The notes under the pieces were generated by a model, which saw only the letters and a program-made list of their open reading frames with translations, was not told where the DNA came from and did no database searches. From Polyangiales bacterium (GTDB lineage Bacteria; Myxococcota_A; Polyangia; Polyangiales; Houyiibacteriaceae): DNA of 64,000 nucleotides. This document shows positions 47,914 through 56,416 of this stretch, one piece after another; the stretch's first letter is position 1; every line of letters starts with the position of its first letter. The stretch lies in the NCBI GenBank assembly GCA_045106895.1, contig JBGCFM010000062.1, positions 64,001 through 128,000 of the forward strand. The letters are read 5' to 3'. The position numbers and the translations under genes were made by a program.

Positions 47914-48944
47914 AAGTTCAAACAGCGCGCCTGACACGATGAAGGAATGGAGGGGATGTCGTCGCCGCTCGCTCGCAGTTGGAGACTCCACCGCCCGGAG
48001 TCCGGAACGATCTCGCATTGAACGACATCGTCCTCGTCGTTGTCCTCCATGACGCGGACCCGCGTCAGATAGCAGATTGAGCTGGCCACCGGAGTCATCG
48101 TACGTGCAAAGAGCTGGCCGAAGTTCTCGCTCACCCCAACAACCTCAAAAGGCCCCGACACCGTCGGTCGAAATGCTACTTGGGCGCCGGAGACGTTGAC
48201 CGCCCCCGTTCCCGTCATCGCCCCGCAGGTCACGGTTCCATCTTCCGCGACCGCTTGAATGAAGCTTCCAGCCGCACATGTAGAGCTGATGCGCCGCTGA
48301 ACATACGATGTGTCCACGCTCAACGACACGCCGCCGCCGCTGCCGCCGCCGCTGAGGCCCGCCTCCGCCGTGACGTCGGTCACGGGCGCTTCGCAGCTCC
48401 ACGCGTCGTCCACGAAGAGCGCCGACTCCCCGTTCGCACAGCTAAGTCCGCCAAGCGTGTCACCGAACGCCGTGGCCGCCGCAGCTACGGAATCGCCGAC
48501 GAGAGCGGTCCGGGCGCTCGCCTCGAGTTCACTCGCTTCGCCACAGAACGTCGCGAAGGCCGCGTACGCTGTCGTCCCCAAAGGCACGCGTTCGAACTCT
48601 TCGTCGTCTGCGATCCGGATCCCAAGATGAACGTCGGGGGAGTCACGAAACAGCGACAGGTCCAATGGATTCGTGGGGAGGTCGCCGAGGTACACGCTCA
48701 TGCGCCCTGCCGAAAAGGACACCATGCGGGACTCCGTCCACTCAGGCCCCTCGGCTTCGAGTTCGGCATAAAGCGAGAAAGTCACGCTTACGCTTCCATC
48801 GATGGGCTCGCCCTCGGAGTCGGCGAGAAGTCCCCGCAGAGGAAGAAGCGGCGCTGCACTCGCCACCGACGGCATCCACTGAAGAAGAGCCGCCAAGAGG
48901 GCGACACCAAGGGTGCGAGCGAGGGCGGGTTGCGCAGTACGCAT
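47910..48944 (-). CDS. Secreted fibre/adhesin-like hypothetical protein
   Basis: Signal peptide; N-domain PLRGLL.D..G.P.DG...VTFSLY...W.E...LGI......ERVPL....YA; V.DVTA..GL.GGG..G.VSL stalk motif; Cys-containing C-terminal domain. Confidence 0.7.
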   Translation of the reverse strand: MRTAQPALARTLGVALLAALLQWMPSVASAAPLLPLRGLLADSEGEPIDGSVSVTFSLYAELEAEGPEWTESRMVSFSAGRMSVYLGDLPTNPLDLSLFRDSPDVHLGIRIADDEEFERVPLGTTAYAAFATFCGEASELEASARTALVGDSVAAAATAFGDTLGGLSCANGESALFVDDAWSCEAPVTDVTAEAGLSGGGSGGGVSLSVDTSYVQRRISSTCAAGSFIQAVAEDGTVTCGAMTGTGAVNVSGAQVAFRPTVSGPFEVVGVSENFGQLFARTMTPVASSICYLTRVRVMEDNDEDDVVQCEIVPDSGRWSLQLRASGDDIPSIPSSCQARCLNF

Positions 48945-48989
48945 GGGCGAAACTCCAAGAAGGCGTCTGGGGGATCGAAAGGTCACGGC

Positions 48990-49340
48990 TTAGAATTCCG
49001 TCTCTAGTTCAAGGCGAAGTGAGTAGTTGGCGGACTCCAGCTCCTCGGATTGGACTGGCACGCCGACAACGAGCTCCAGCTGGTAGCTTGAGCTCTCCAA
49101 GCGAGCTGTCGCGGCGACGTCTGCCACGTTGACGCATGAATCTCCCTCGCAGACAGGGGCGCACTCGTCCTCGTCGCAGCGGCCACTCGGGCACGCCGAT
49201 GGTACACACCCGGCGTCAAAACCAACATCGAAGCCGACGTCAGTCCCGGCGTCTATGCCTACGTCGCCGCCCTGAAAATCATCGCTGGGGAAGAGAAGAG
49301 AACACCCCCCGAGAAAGACGAAAAGAAACGCGAATCTCAT
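48990..49340 (-). CDS. Small Cys-rich lipoprotein
   Basis: Lipobox LGGC; DAG/DVG linker; duplicated C-terminal LES..Y.L.L motif. Confidence 0.75.
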   Translation of the reverse strand: MRFAFLFVFLGGCSLLFPSDDFQGGDVGIDAGTDVGFDVGFDAGCVPSACPSGRCDEDECAPVCEGDSCVNVADVAATARLESSSYQLELVVGVPVQSEELESANYSLRLELETEF

Positions 49341-50188
49341 GGCAACTCAACTTGCACGGAAAGCCCGGCGTACGAAGGTCCAAAGGCGGGAGCGACAGCG
49401 GCTTGGCTAGACGCTCGGCGGCGCCGGAGATGCATGACAAGCATCGTGACGCCGGCCGCCGCGGCGACTACGCCGACGCCGAGGCTCACGTCCGTCACGA
49501 GCCTGTACGTTTCGAGTGCGCTCAGCTCTTCGTCGGTGCAGAGCCGGTTGCTCTTACAGTCTGACAGTCCGTTGTTCTCCGAGAGTACCAAGCCGCCGAA
49601 CACGGCGCTGACGGCGAGAGCGACGGCACCCGCGGAAAGTGTAATGATGGCAGGCAGGCGTAAGCCGCTGGGTGGCGGCGCCGCGGACTCTTCGATGGGA
49701 AGCTCGACAAGCGGCTCAGGCTCAGGCTCCGCAGATGTCGCCTGGGCTGCCTGCTCTTCGCTCAGGCGACGACGCAAGGTAATGATGCGGACATCCAGAG
49801 CGTCCAGGTCAAGAGACTGAGAGCCAGATTCGCGGGCCCAGTCAATGTAGAGCTGAAACGCCTCAATGGCGCCGCTGAGCTGAGCAAGGCGCTCGTGGCA
49901 TACGCCAATATTGTACTTCAGCTCCAAGTGCCCGCTGAGTTCGAAGGACGACTCGAACGCGTGCAGCGCTCGTTCATAGTCCGCACGCCGAAAGAACCCT
50001 TGTCCTGACAGAAAATGTGCTCGCGCTTCCTCTTCGTTCAGAGGCAACTCAACGTCTCGAGTTTGGGTCTGCGCGCCGCCGTCGCTCGGCTCAACAACGT
50101 CCTGCGCAAGCGCTACGACGGTAAAAGCGTGGACCAGGAACGCCACCGTGGATCCCCCAATGAACGTTCGTATCGAAGCGCACTTCAC
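49337..50188 (-). CDS. Secreted TPR protein with C-terminal hydrophobic segments
   Basis: ARAHF..G..FF..ADY.RAL..F..SF.L.....L.YNIG.C.E.L; C-terminal Gly-rich hairpin and AP.......GLS strand. Confidence 0.8.
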   Translation of the reverse strand: MKCASIRTFIGGSTVAFLVHAFTVVALAQDVVEPSDGGAQTQTRDVELPLNEEEARAHFLSGQGFFRRADYERALHAFESSFELSGHLELKYNIGVCHERLAQLSGAIEAFQLYIDWARESGSQSLDLDALDVRIITLRRRLSEEQAAQATSAEPEPEPLVELPIEESAAPPPSGLRLPAIITLSAGAVALAVSAVFGGLVLSENNGLSDCKSNRLCTDEELSALETYRLVTDVSLGVGVVAAAAGVTMLVMHLRRRRASSQAAVAPAFGPSYAGLSVQVELP

Positions 50189-50311
50189 CGGGTCGACGGT
50201 ATCAAAGAACCACCGCCCTCAGTGTAAAGTTCCGACAAGAACGGACACCCCAGTTGGGTGACGATACAGCCTGCACCGTTCTCGTCCCGCCATCGGCAAC
50301 ACGCCGTAGGA

Positions 50312-50536
50312 TCGGCGATTTTTCGTCCAGCGCGTCGCTGGCAAGGCGCGCAAGGCGACCTCGGGTCGTCGAGTCCTAGAATCACCTCGGCGATTCTTCG
50401 TCCTGCGCGTCGTGATCAAGGCGAGCAAGGTGACGGCATCTGTGGATGCCGAGCCGCAGCTCAACGCAGAGCACGGCGTGCAGGGCGGAGAAGCGCGCAG
50501 CGCAACGCAGCCAGCGGCGTGCTGGGCGGAAAAGCG
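50312..50536 (+). mobile_element. Outer palindromic (MITE/RPE-like) element containing a second copy
   Basis: 24-bp stem 50319-50342 / 50510-50533, fully paired with 4 G-U; AAG and AACGCA flank an inner 4-bp helix; ends TCGGCGA and GCG are shared with the inner copy. Confidence 0.7.
50387..50495 (+). mobile_element. Inner, intact 109-bp palindromic element
   Basis: 24-bp stem 50394-50417 / 50469-50492 (1 mismatch, 4 G-U); GAGC/GCTC helix; apical GGCATC-tgtg-GATGCC hairpin. Confidence 0.75.
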
Positions 50537-52648
50537 TCAGCCGTCTTCGGCGGCTTCCGCTTGCACAGCCTCAACCAACTCTTCCGGCAAAAGCCGGAAC
50601 GCGTCGATGGGCGTTCGACGTCGCCCTCGAATGTTCCCTTCCAATACATCCACGGTCACCGGGGGCGTCAGCTGAAAGAGGTAACCACGCGTGTTGATTT
50701 CAACGTCCACCCGCGCCTCGATGTTCCCAGCAGACTCGACGATGGAGTTCGGCACAAGTGGGTTAGGAACGACGACCTCTGGCTCATCGCCGCGGACGAT
50801 AACCTCGCGAAGGTAGCGAGCAGGGACTCGACCGTTGCGGGTGTGAGCTCGGTGCTCGAGCACGAACGAGGAGAGGCGCACGGCGAGGTGATTGTAGAGA
50901 CGGTGGCAGCCATGACTGGTGCCTCGAACGATGGAACGGTAGCTCACGCTGCCATGTACACGAATGCCCTCGTCGATGAGACGAGGCTCTCCCCCTTCGT
51001 TGCGCGGGGGCTGCACCAAGTGGTGCATCATCATGACGAGGCCGTAGGCGCTTCGGTAGCCGGGTCCAAAGATGCTCCGTCGAGGCTCGTAGCCATCCCG
51101 TGTTCGTCGCACGAGTTCGTCGTCGGGTGTACTTGGTGGTGGCAACCACGTCGGTGAAGCGATGACATCGCGCCAAATCCGCGACCCCGTGGGGGAGTCT
51201 TTGTACCGAAGCCCAACGCTCCCGTTCGGGCGCGTCTCCGGCTTCCAGCCGCCGATGGTCGTGCCCCAACGAAGCAGCGCGATCTCTTGACCCTCGTGTT
51301 GGACGTAGAGCGTGGCGATAGGGCGCTCACGAACGCGACCCCCGATGGGCCGCCCATCGTCGCGGTAGGGGTAGTGGTAGAACACGTCGCCGCGGTCGAT
51401 CTCCGCGCGCAATTCCATATGTGCGCTGTGGTAGTCCGGCACCGCAGGCAGCTGAACCGCCACGCGCTCGAGGTTCGCGTCTCGAATCGCCCGAAGCGCC
51501 ACAGCAGCGGTGGCGGCGTCGGCGAGACCGAGAGCGTTCGCCGCCGCTTCCGTCGCCGGCGAGATCAAGTCCGGGGCCGCGCTCGCTGCAGGCTCTCGGC
51601 CCGCTTCGAATCGAATCTGCGGCGCGTCGAGGTCATGCCCCAAAACCTGCCCCCACGAATGCCCAGCGGAACCGTCCTCGATGAGACCCGTCGCCGCGAC
51701 GACGCGCTCGCGCAGCACACGAAGGAGGCCCTTGAACTCACTCACGCGGCTGTCTTCTGCCAGCGCATGACGCGTCTCTTCATCGAGAAAGCCGGCGGAG
51801 ACCACCATATGGCGCCGCTGAAAATCGCGCAGCCCTGACGCAGTCTGACTGCCGAGGACACCTTCTCTCACGCGCCTTGGTCGGCGGAGGAGACCATCGC
51901 AGCGGAGGTGAGCCTGCGCTGCTGCTACCGCACCCACCTGCGTTTGTGCCTCTGCGTAACGTGCGTAGGCGCTCCCATGGGTCGGGTGGTCTTCAAGCTC
52001 ATCGATGCTGTTGAGCGCCTCATCGCCTTCGACGATGGACTCGAGGCGGCGCTGTTGCGCGCGTGCCTGGCGAACGCTGCGGCGCTGCTGAGTCGCGCTC
52101 GGTCGCCATGCGCGAATCGTATCTTCTTGCCGCTCCAGCCACCGGTCGTCGATCGCTTCGTGGCACGCATGGCGCTCATCGTCGGCGATGCGTTCCAAGA
52201 TGACGCGGAACGTCGGAAAGATGCCAAAGAGCTCCAGGTACTGCTCTTCGTCATACCCCTCCGGGACTTCACGAAGGCGCTCGTCCGCCAGCGCCAAGAA
52301 GATTGGGCGATATGGTTGGCTGCCGCCCACCTCAGCTTCCGTGAAGATGTACGGCGTCCAATCGTCGCTCAAGTCGAGGAGCGTGTAGCCCTGGGCGTCG
52401 GCATCGCGAGGGCAGACGCTCCCGCTCTGTTCGCCATCTGCGTAGAGCGGCACCTCGGCGGTGTCACAGGGAGGAAACTCGGGTTCGCTGGCCTCGGGGG
52501 CCTCGGTCTCAACGCCGCCTGTCGCCGCGGCGGATTCATGGGTCTCCCCAGAGCGCTCGTGCGACGCACGTGTGGTGCCCACACCGCCACCGGTTCCGCA
52601 GGAAACGATGAGCAGGGCAACTCCCGAAATAGCGACGCTACGCAACAT
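50537..52648 (-). CDS. L,D-transpeptidase-family lipoprotein with peptidoglycan-binding domain
   Basis: Lipobox IVSC; T...LR.FQR......G.LD..T PG-binding motif; PTWLPP; IRVHGS...SHGCHRLYN. Confidence 0.85.
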   Translation of the reverse strand: MLRSVAISGVALLIVSCGTGGGVGTTRASHERSGETHESAAATGGVETEAPEASEPEFPPCDTAEVPLYADGEQSGSVCPRDADAQGYTLLDLSDDWTPYIFTEAEVGGSQPYRPIFLALADERLREVPEGYDEEQYLELFGIFPTFRVILERIADDERHACHEAIDDRWLERQEDTIRAWRPSATQQRRSVRQARAQQRRLESIVEGDEALNSIDELEDHPTHGSAYARYAEAQTQVGAVAAAQAHLRCDGLLRRPRRVREGVLGSQTASGLRDFQRRHMVVSAGFLDEETRHALAEDSRVSEFKGLLRVLRERVVAATGLIEDGSAGHSWGQVLGHDLDAPQIRFEAGREPAASAAPDLISPATEAAANALGLADAATAAVALRAIRDANLERVAVQLPAVPDYHSAHMELRAEIDRGDVFYHYPYRDDGRPIGGRVRERPIATLYVQHEGQEIALLRWGTTIGGWKPETRPNGSVGLRYKDSPTGSRIWRDVIASPTWLPPPSTPDDELVRRTRDGYEPRRSIFGPGYRSAYGLVMMMHHLVQPPRNEGGEPRLIDEGIRVHGSVSYRSIVRGTSHGCHRLYNHLAVRLSSFVLEHRAHTRNGRVPARYLREVIVRGDEPEVVVPNPLVPNSIVESAGNIEARVDVEINTRGYLFQLTPPVTVDVLEGNIRGRRRTPIDAFRLLPEELVEAVQAEAAEDG

Positions 52649-52744
52649 GAAATCACCATAACGCGGTCAGAAAAATCTGCACAGTTCGGGGGAGAAAGCG
52701 CACGTCCGGTGGCAAGCGCAGGCGCCATCGCCTACACAAGCGTT

Positions 52745-53797
52745 GTGCCGGACTTCCCTTTCTTTACGGTCCTCGCGCCGATGGAAGGCGTGGGTCACCC
52801 CACATTTCGCCGCCTCGTCGCTGAACGAGGTGGTGTGGACCTCCTGTGCACAGAGTTCGTACGAATCTCTCGTGCCCCCATCTCCGGGCCGGCGCTCGCT
52901 CGCAGCGTTGTCAAAGTCCCGGGCATCCCGCTCTCCGTGCAGGTGATGGGCAACGACGCCGACAAGATGGCGGACGCGGCATCTCATGTGGCCAAGGCAG
53001 GGGCGGACATCGTCGACATCAACCTTGGATGTCCCATGCCGCGTGTCGTCCGTAAGGGCGTGGGCGCCGCGATGCTAAAGGACCCGGAGCTATTGCGACG
53101 CGTGCTCGGAGAGATGCGCGAGTCGTTGGACGCCCTTGGCCTCGGAACACAGCTCTCGGCGAAGATCCGTGCTGGGTTTGATGACGCAGAAAACGTTGTA
53201 GCCATCGCCAAAGTCGTGGAAGACGCCGGCGCGGATTTCATCGCCGTTCACCCGCGCAGGCGTTGCGACTTCTACGAAGGAGTCGCGGATTGGCGCATCG
53301 TTCGCGTGCTCTCGGAAGAGCTCAGCATCCCCGTCATTGGCAACGGCGACATCTGGTACGCGAGCGACGCACTTCGCATCGCCGAGGAGACCGGATGCGC
53401 TGCCGCGATGATGGGGCGTCCCGCGATGCGTAACCCATGGATCTTTTCGCAGGTCGCAGCGCTTCGAGCGGGAACCGAGCCCATCGACCCGAGCGGCGAA
53501 GATGTTGCGACGTGGCTTCATCATGTGCGCCAGGAGTATGCGAAGGCGTTCGAAGTCCGCGCGCGTGCAAACCCCTTGGGCAAACTGAAGGAGCTGGTTC
53601 GATGGCTCGGTCGCGCCGTGGCAGACGAGGGTGCGTTCAAGAAGTCTGCGCTTCGTTCCACGAGTGAAGAGGAGTTCTTCGCGCACGTCGACGCCCTCGC
53701 GAAGTTCTCCGCCGCGGAGATGGACCTCGACGCACTCGGGAAGCACCACTTCGAGGAATCAGGCTCGGCCGTCAGCGACATGGCCGAGGCTTCTTGA
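52745..53797 (+). CDS. tRNA-dihydrouridine synthase (Dus family)
   Basis: LAPMEGV, TEFVR, DINLGCP, GAAML, SAKIRAG, VHPR, IGNGDI, GRPAMRNPWIF. True start is GTG 52745, not the long upstream ORF. Confidence 0.95.
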   Translation: MPDFPFFTVLAPMEGVGHPTFRRLVAERGGVDLLCTEFVRISRAPISGPALARSVVKVPGIPLSVQVMGNDADKMADAASHVAKAGADIVDINLGCPMPRVVRKGVGAAMLKDPELLRRVLGEMRESLDALGLGTQLSAKIRAGFDDAENVVAIAKVVEDAGADFIAVHPRRRCDFYEGVADWRIVRVLSEELSIPVIGNGDIWYASDALRIAEETGCAAAMMGRPAMRNPWIFSQVAALRAGTEPIDPSGEDVATWLHHVRQEYAKAFEVRARANPLGKLKELVRWLGRAVADEGAFKKSALRSTSEEEFFAHVDALAKFSAAEMDLDALGKHHFEESGSAVSDMAEAS

Positions 53798-54672
53798 TGC
53801 GCTTGGTCGCAGCGTCGCGCCCAGAGGGCTCATCCAACCAACGCTACGTCGCCATCATGGACGATGGCTCCGAGGTCGAAGCCGTCGTCTACCGGGGAGA
53901 CACCCTGTGCATCTCCTCCCAAGTGGGCTGCGCCGTCGCGTGCCCCTTTTGCGCGTCCGGTGCGCGTGGACTGGGACGCGCGCTAAAGCTCGAGGAGCTG
54001 CAGTTTCAGCTCGAAGGCGTCGAAGAAGAAGGCCACGCCATCACCAAAGTGACGCTCTCCGGCGTCGGCGAGCCTCTGCACAACCACGAAGCCACGAGCG
54101 CGTTCCTTGAGTGGGGCCGTAGTCGAGACTCACGCGTCGCCATTAGTTTGACGACATCCGGCGGACCCATCGCGCGGCTGCGCACCTGGCTTCACGCTCC
54201 GCACAACGGTCTCACGATCAGCGTGCACGCGGGCCGTGAGGCGACGCGCAAAGCCGTCGTGCCGGGCGGCCCTTCCCTCGATGCCCTCTTTGGCTGCTTG
54301 CGAGACGAACAGCCACGGATGACACGAAAGCGTCGCAAAAAGACCGCCCTCGCCTACCTGATGGTGGCGGGGATGAACGATTCAGACGACGAACTCGACG
54401 CGTTCTCCGAGCGTGTCCTCGCGTTGCCCCATCCGCCGGCGATCCATCTCTATGACCTCAACCCCGTGCCGACGTCGGCGCTAAAAGGGGTGAGGCGTGA
54501 TCGCTATGAAGCCGCGTATGCCCGCCTCCGCGAGCACGGCAACGTCGTTCGAATGAGCTCCGCCGCGCGCCTCGAGGCGAACGGCGGATGTGGAACGCTC
54601 GTCGCGCTCCGGGTGGAGAAAACTCGCGCCGAACGAGACGCTACTCGGCAGGCTCGAACACAAACCACATGA
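53797..54672 (+). CDS. RlmN/Cfr-family radical SAM RNA methyltransferase, short divergent form
   Basis: TLCISSQVGCAVACPFCASG, SGVGEPLHN, ISVHA, NDS and GGCGTL. TGATG overlap with the dus stop. Confidence 0.85.
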   Translation: MRLVAASRPEGSSNQRYVAIMDDGSEVEAVVYRGDTLCISSQVGCAVACPFCASGARGLGRALKLEELQFQLEGVEEEGHAITKVTLSGVGEPLHNHEATSAFLEWGRSRDSRVAISLTTSGGPIARLRTWLHAPHNGLTISVHAGREATRKAVVPGGPSLDALFGCLRDEQPRMTRKRRKKTALAYLMVAGMNDSDDELDAFSERVLALPHPPAIHLYDLNPVPTSALKGVRRDRYEAAYARLREHGNVVRMSSAARLEANGGCGTLVALRVEKTRAERDATRQARTQTT

Positions 54673-56326
54673 CGATAGGCACGGGGTTGCTCCCGAGGTT
54701 CACCATCGCCGCGGGCGATCCCTCTACGGTACCGAAGGTGATGCCGGCCTGATCTCCTGCGTCTTCTTCGGGGCACGTGACGGTCAATGCGGAAGGGCCC
54801 TCATCTTCGTTGAGCGTGCCGTTGACCTGAATCTCGTTCTGGACACCGGTGCGCAGTCCGTCCGTCGGCGCGATAAAGTGGAACGCGCCATCGATGGATA
54901 CGATGCCTTCGCTTCGCTCGAGCTGGGCGGCGGCGGTGATAGTGGCGAGCCCGACAAGGCCCGGATCGGGGGTGACAAGAATGAAGCGCTCGATGACGAA
55001 GCGGCCATCAGGGAGCGTGCCCGTGGCGTCGAACTCGGGTCCGGTCTCGACGATCTCCGCGGACTCAACGCTGAGCTCGGTCTCTGGGCTCGCGAAGCAC
55101 ATGCCGGGCTCGTACTCAAGAACCGTGGGTGTTCCGTCGCCGCCCTGAACGCAGAACGCGCCTTGGGGTGGAGGCGTCACGTAAGTAAACGCGAAGCACA
55201 TCTCGTCTGCGGTACGCGGTCCAGCGAAGATCGCGTCGTCTGTGTTGTTCTGAAAGTCGCAGCGGACCGTGAGCTCGTCGCCGGCTTCCAGGTCGATGGG
55301 GAGGTTGTAAAAGAGCTGCGTCTCGAAGCTCCAGGAGAAGAGCTCGAGAATGGACTCTGCGGCTCCCGCGCCGCGCTGGAGAAGCAGGTCAAACGCGGTG
55401 CCGTTCTCGTGCATGTGCGGCATCGAGGCGATGGCCCGGACGGGCTCGGTGATCGTGCAGGTCGATTCCACGGTCTCACTGGAGCGAGCCGGAATGCGGA
55501 AGCCGGCGGCACCAGGACCAGGGTCGGCCATTTCGTATTCGAGTCCTTCCACGGGGCCCACAAAGAGGCGAACGCCGCTGGAGTCTCGGATGCCCTCTAG
55601 ACCAGGTCCGTTGTTGTAGTGAATCTGGAGTCGAAGGTTGTCGCCGGGGCGAAGGCGCACGCCACCGTCCGGGAACTCGATGGCGCCGGTTCCCGGTGCC
55701 CATGCGTAGAGGTACTTCATGTTCGAGTCGCCCATCGCTGGGTCCCCGCGGCGCAGAGTCAGATGGTGGACCACTTGGCTCGCGTCGATGACGGCCTCGA
55801 AGCGACGAATGAACACGTCTTCTTCTGTCAGGTTCGTGAAGTCGATGTCTTCGTAGTCGTCGAGTTGGTCCGGTGCGATGGCCAAGTCACCCGCAAGAAC
55901 GTCGATGGTCCGTAGTCCCTCGGGTGCGTCGTCCGGCGCGGTGAAAGGTGTGCGCGAGGAGATCGACGTGTCCTCGATGGTAACCTCACCGCAGCTCGCC
56001 CAGCCGGCGATGGCGTTGGCGTGCTCCAGCGTCGGAGTCGCGGACCCGCGCGGCGGCATCGTGCCCGCCGAGAGTTGACGGTGCATCTCGTCCACGATGC
56101 GCTCCCCCTCGATGCCCGCGGTGATCGCTTGGTAGTCGAGCAGTGTAAAGGGCGCACCGAAGTCAGGCGTGTCGCCATGACAGGTTCCGCAATTCTCCAT
56201 GACGAGGGTCTGGACGCTCTCGTTCCAGTCCGCTTCCGAAGGAACGCATTCCGCCGCCGGTGTCGTAGGGTCGTCTGTGCAGCCGACGGCGAGGGCAACA
56301 GCGAGAAACAGAATCGCGTTCTTCAT
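54641..56326 (-). CDS. Lipoprotein: c-type cytochrome domain fused to a copper type II ascorbate-dependent monooxygenase
   Basis: Lipobox AVGC; CGTCHG...MPP; VVHHL, YAWAPG, LQIHYNN, PHMHENG, DEMC. Confidence 0.85.
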   Translation of the reverse strand: MKNAILFLAVALAVGCTDDPTTPAAECVPSEADWNESVQTLVMENCGTCHGDTPDFGAPFTLLDYQAITAGIEGERIVDEMHRQLSAGTMPPRGSATPTLEHANAIAGWASCGEVTIEDTSISSRTPFTAPDDAPEGLRTIDVLAGDLAIAPDQLDDYEDIDFTNLTEEDVFIRRFEAVIDASQVVHHLTLRRGDPAMGDSNMKYLYAWAPGTGAIEFPDGGVRLRPGDNLRLQIHYNNGPGLEGIRDSSGVRLFVGPVEGLEYEMADPGPGAAGFRIPARSSETVESTCTITEPVRAIASMPHMHENGTAFDLLLQRGAGAAESILELFSWSFETQLFYNLPIDLEAGDELTVRCDFQNNTDDAIFAGPRTADEMCFAFTYVTPPPQGAFCVQGGDGTPTVLEYEPGMCFASPETELSVESAEIVETGPEFDATGTLPDGRFVIERFILVTPDPGLVGLATITAAAQLERSEGIVSIDGAFHFIAPTDGLRTGVQNEIQVNGTLNEDEGPSALTVTCPEEDAGDQAGITFGTVEGSPAAMVNLGSNPVPIVMWFVFEPAE

Positions 56327-56382
56327 GGCGAGCAGGATATGTCAGCGCTTTCCAGGCTGCACGTGAGATCTGGTGCAGGGCG

Positions 56383-56410
56383 TTGACAAATTGGTCCTAC
56401 CAATTACAAT
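56383..56410 (+). promoter_or_regulatory. sigma70-type promoter of the gntR gene (likely leaderless)
   Basis: TTGACA (56383-56388), 16-nt spacer, TACAAT (56405-56410); ATG follows 6 nt later. Confidence 0.85.
56389..56405. promoter_or_regulatory. FadR-subfamily (PdhR/LldR-type) operator
   Basis: Perfect palindrome AATTGGT-cct-ACCAATT filling the promoter spacer. Confidence 0.85.
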
Positions 56411-56416
56411 CAGGGC

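Noticed and set aside
50258..51157. 299-aa ORF with a duplicated SAI.RPARR.QG.QGD peptide
   Set aside because: The duplication is simply the translation of the nested palindromic element, and the rest is antisense to a real gene.
51908..52744. Apparent long N-terminal extension on Dus
   Set aside because: It is antisense to the L,D-transpeptidase gene. Dus homology begins at GTG 52745.
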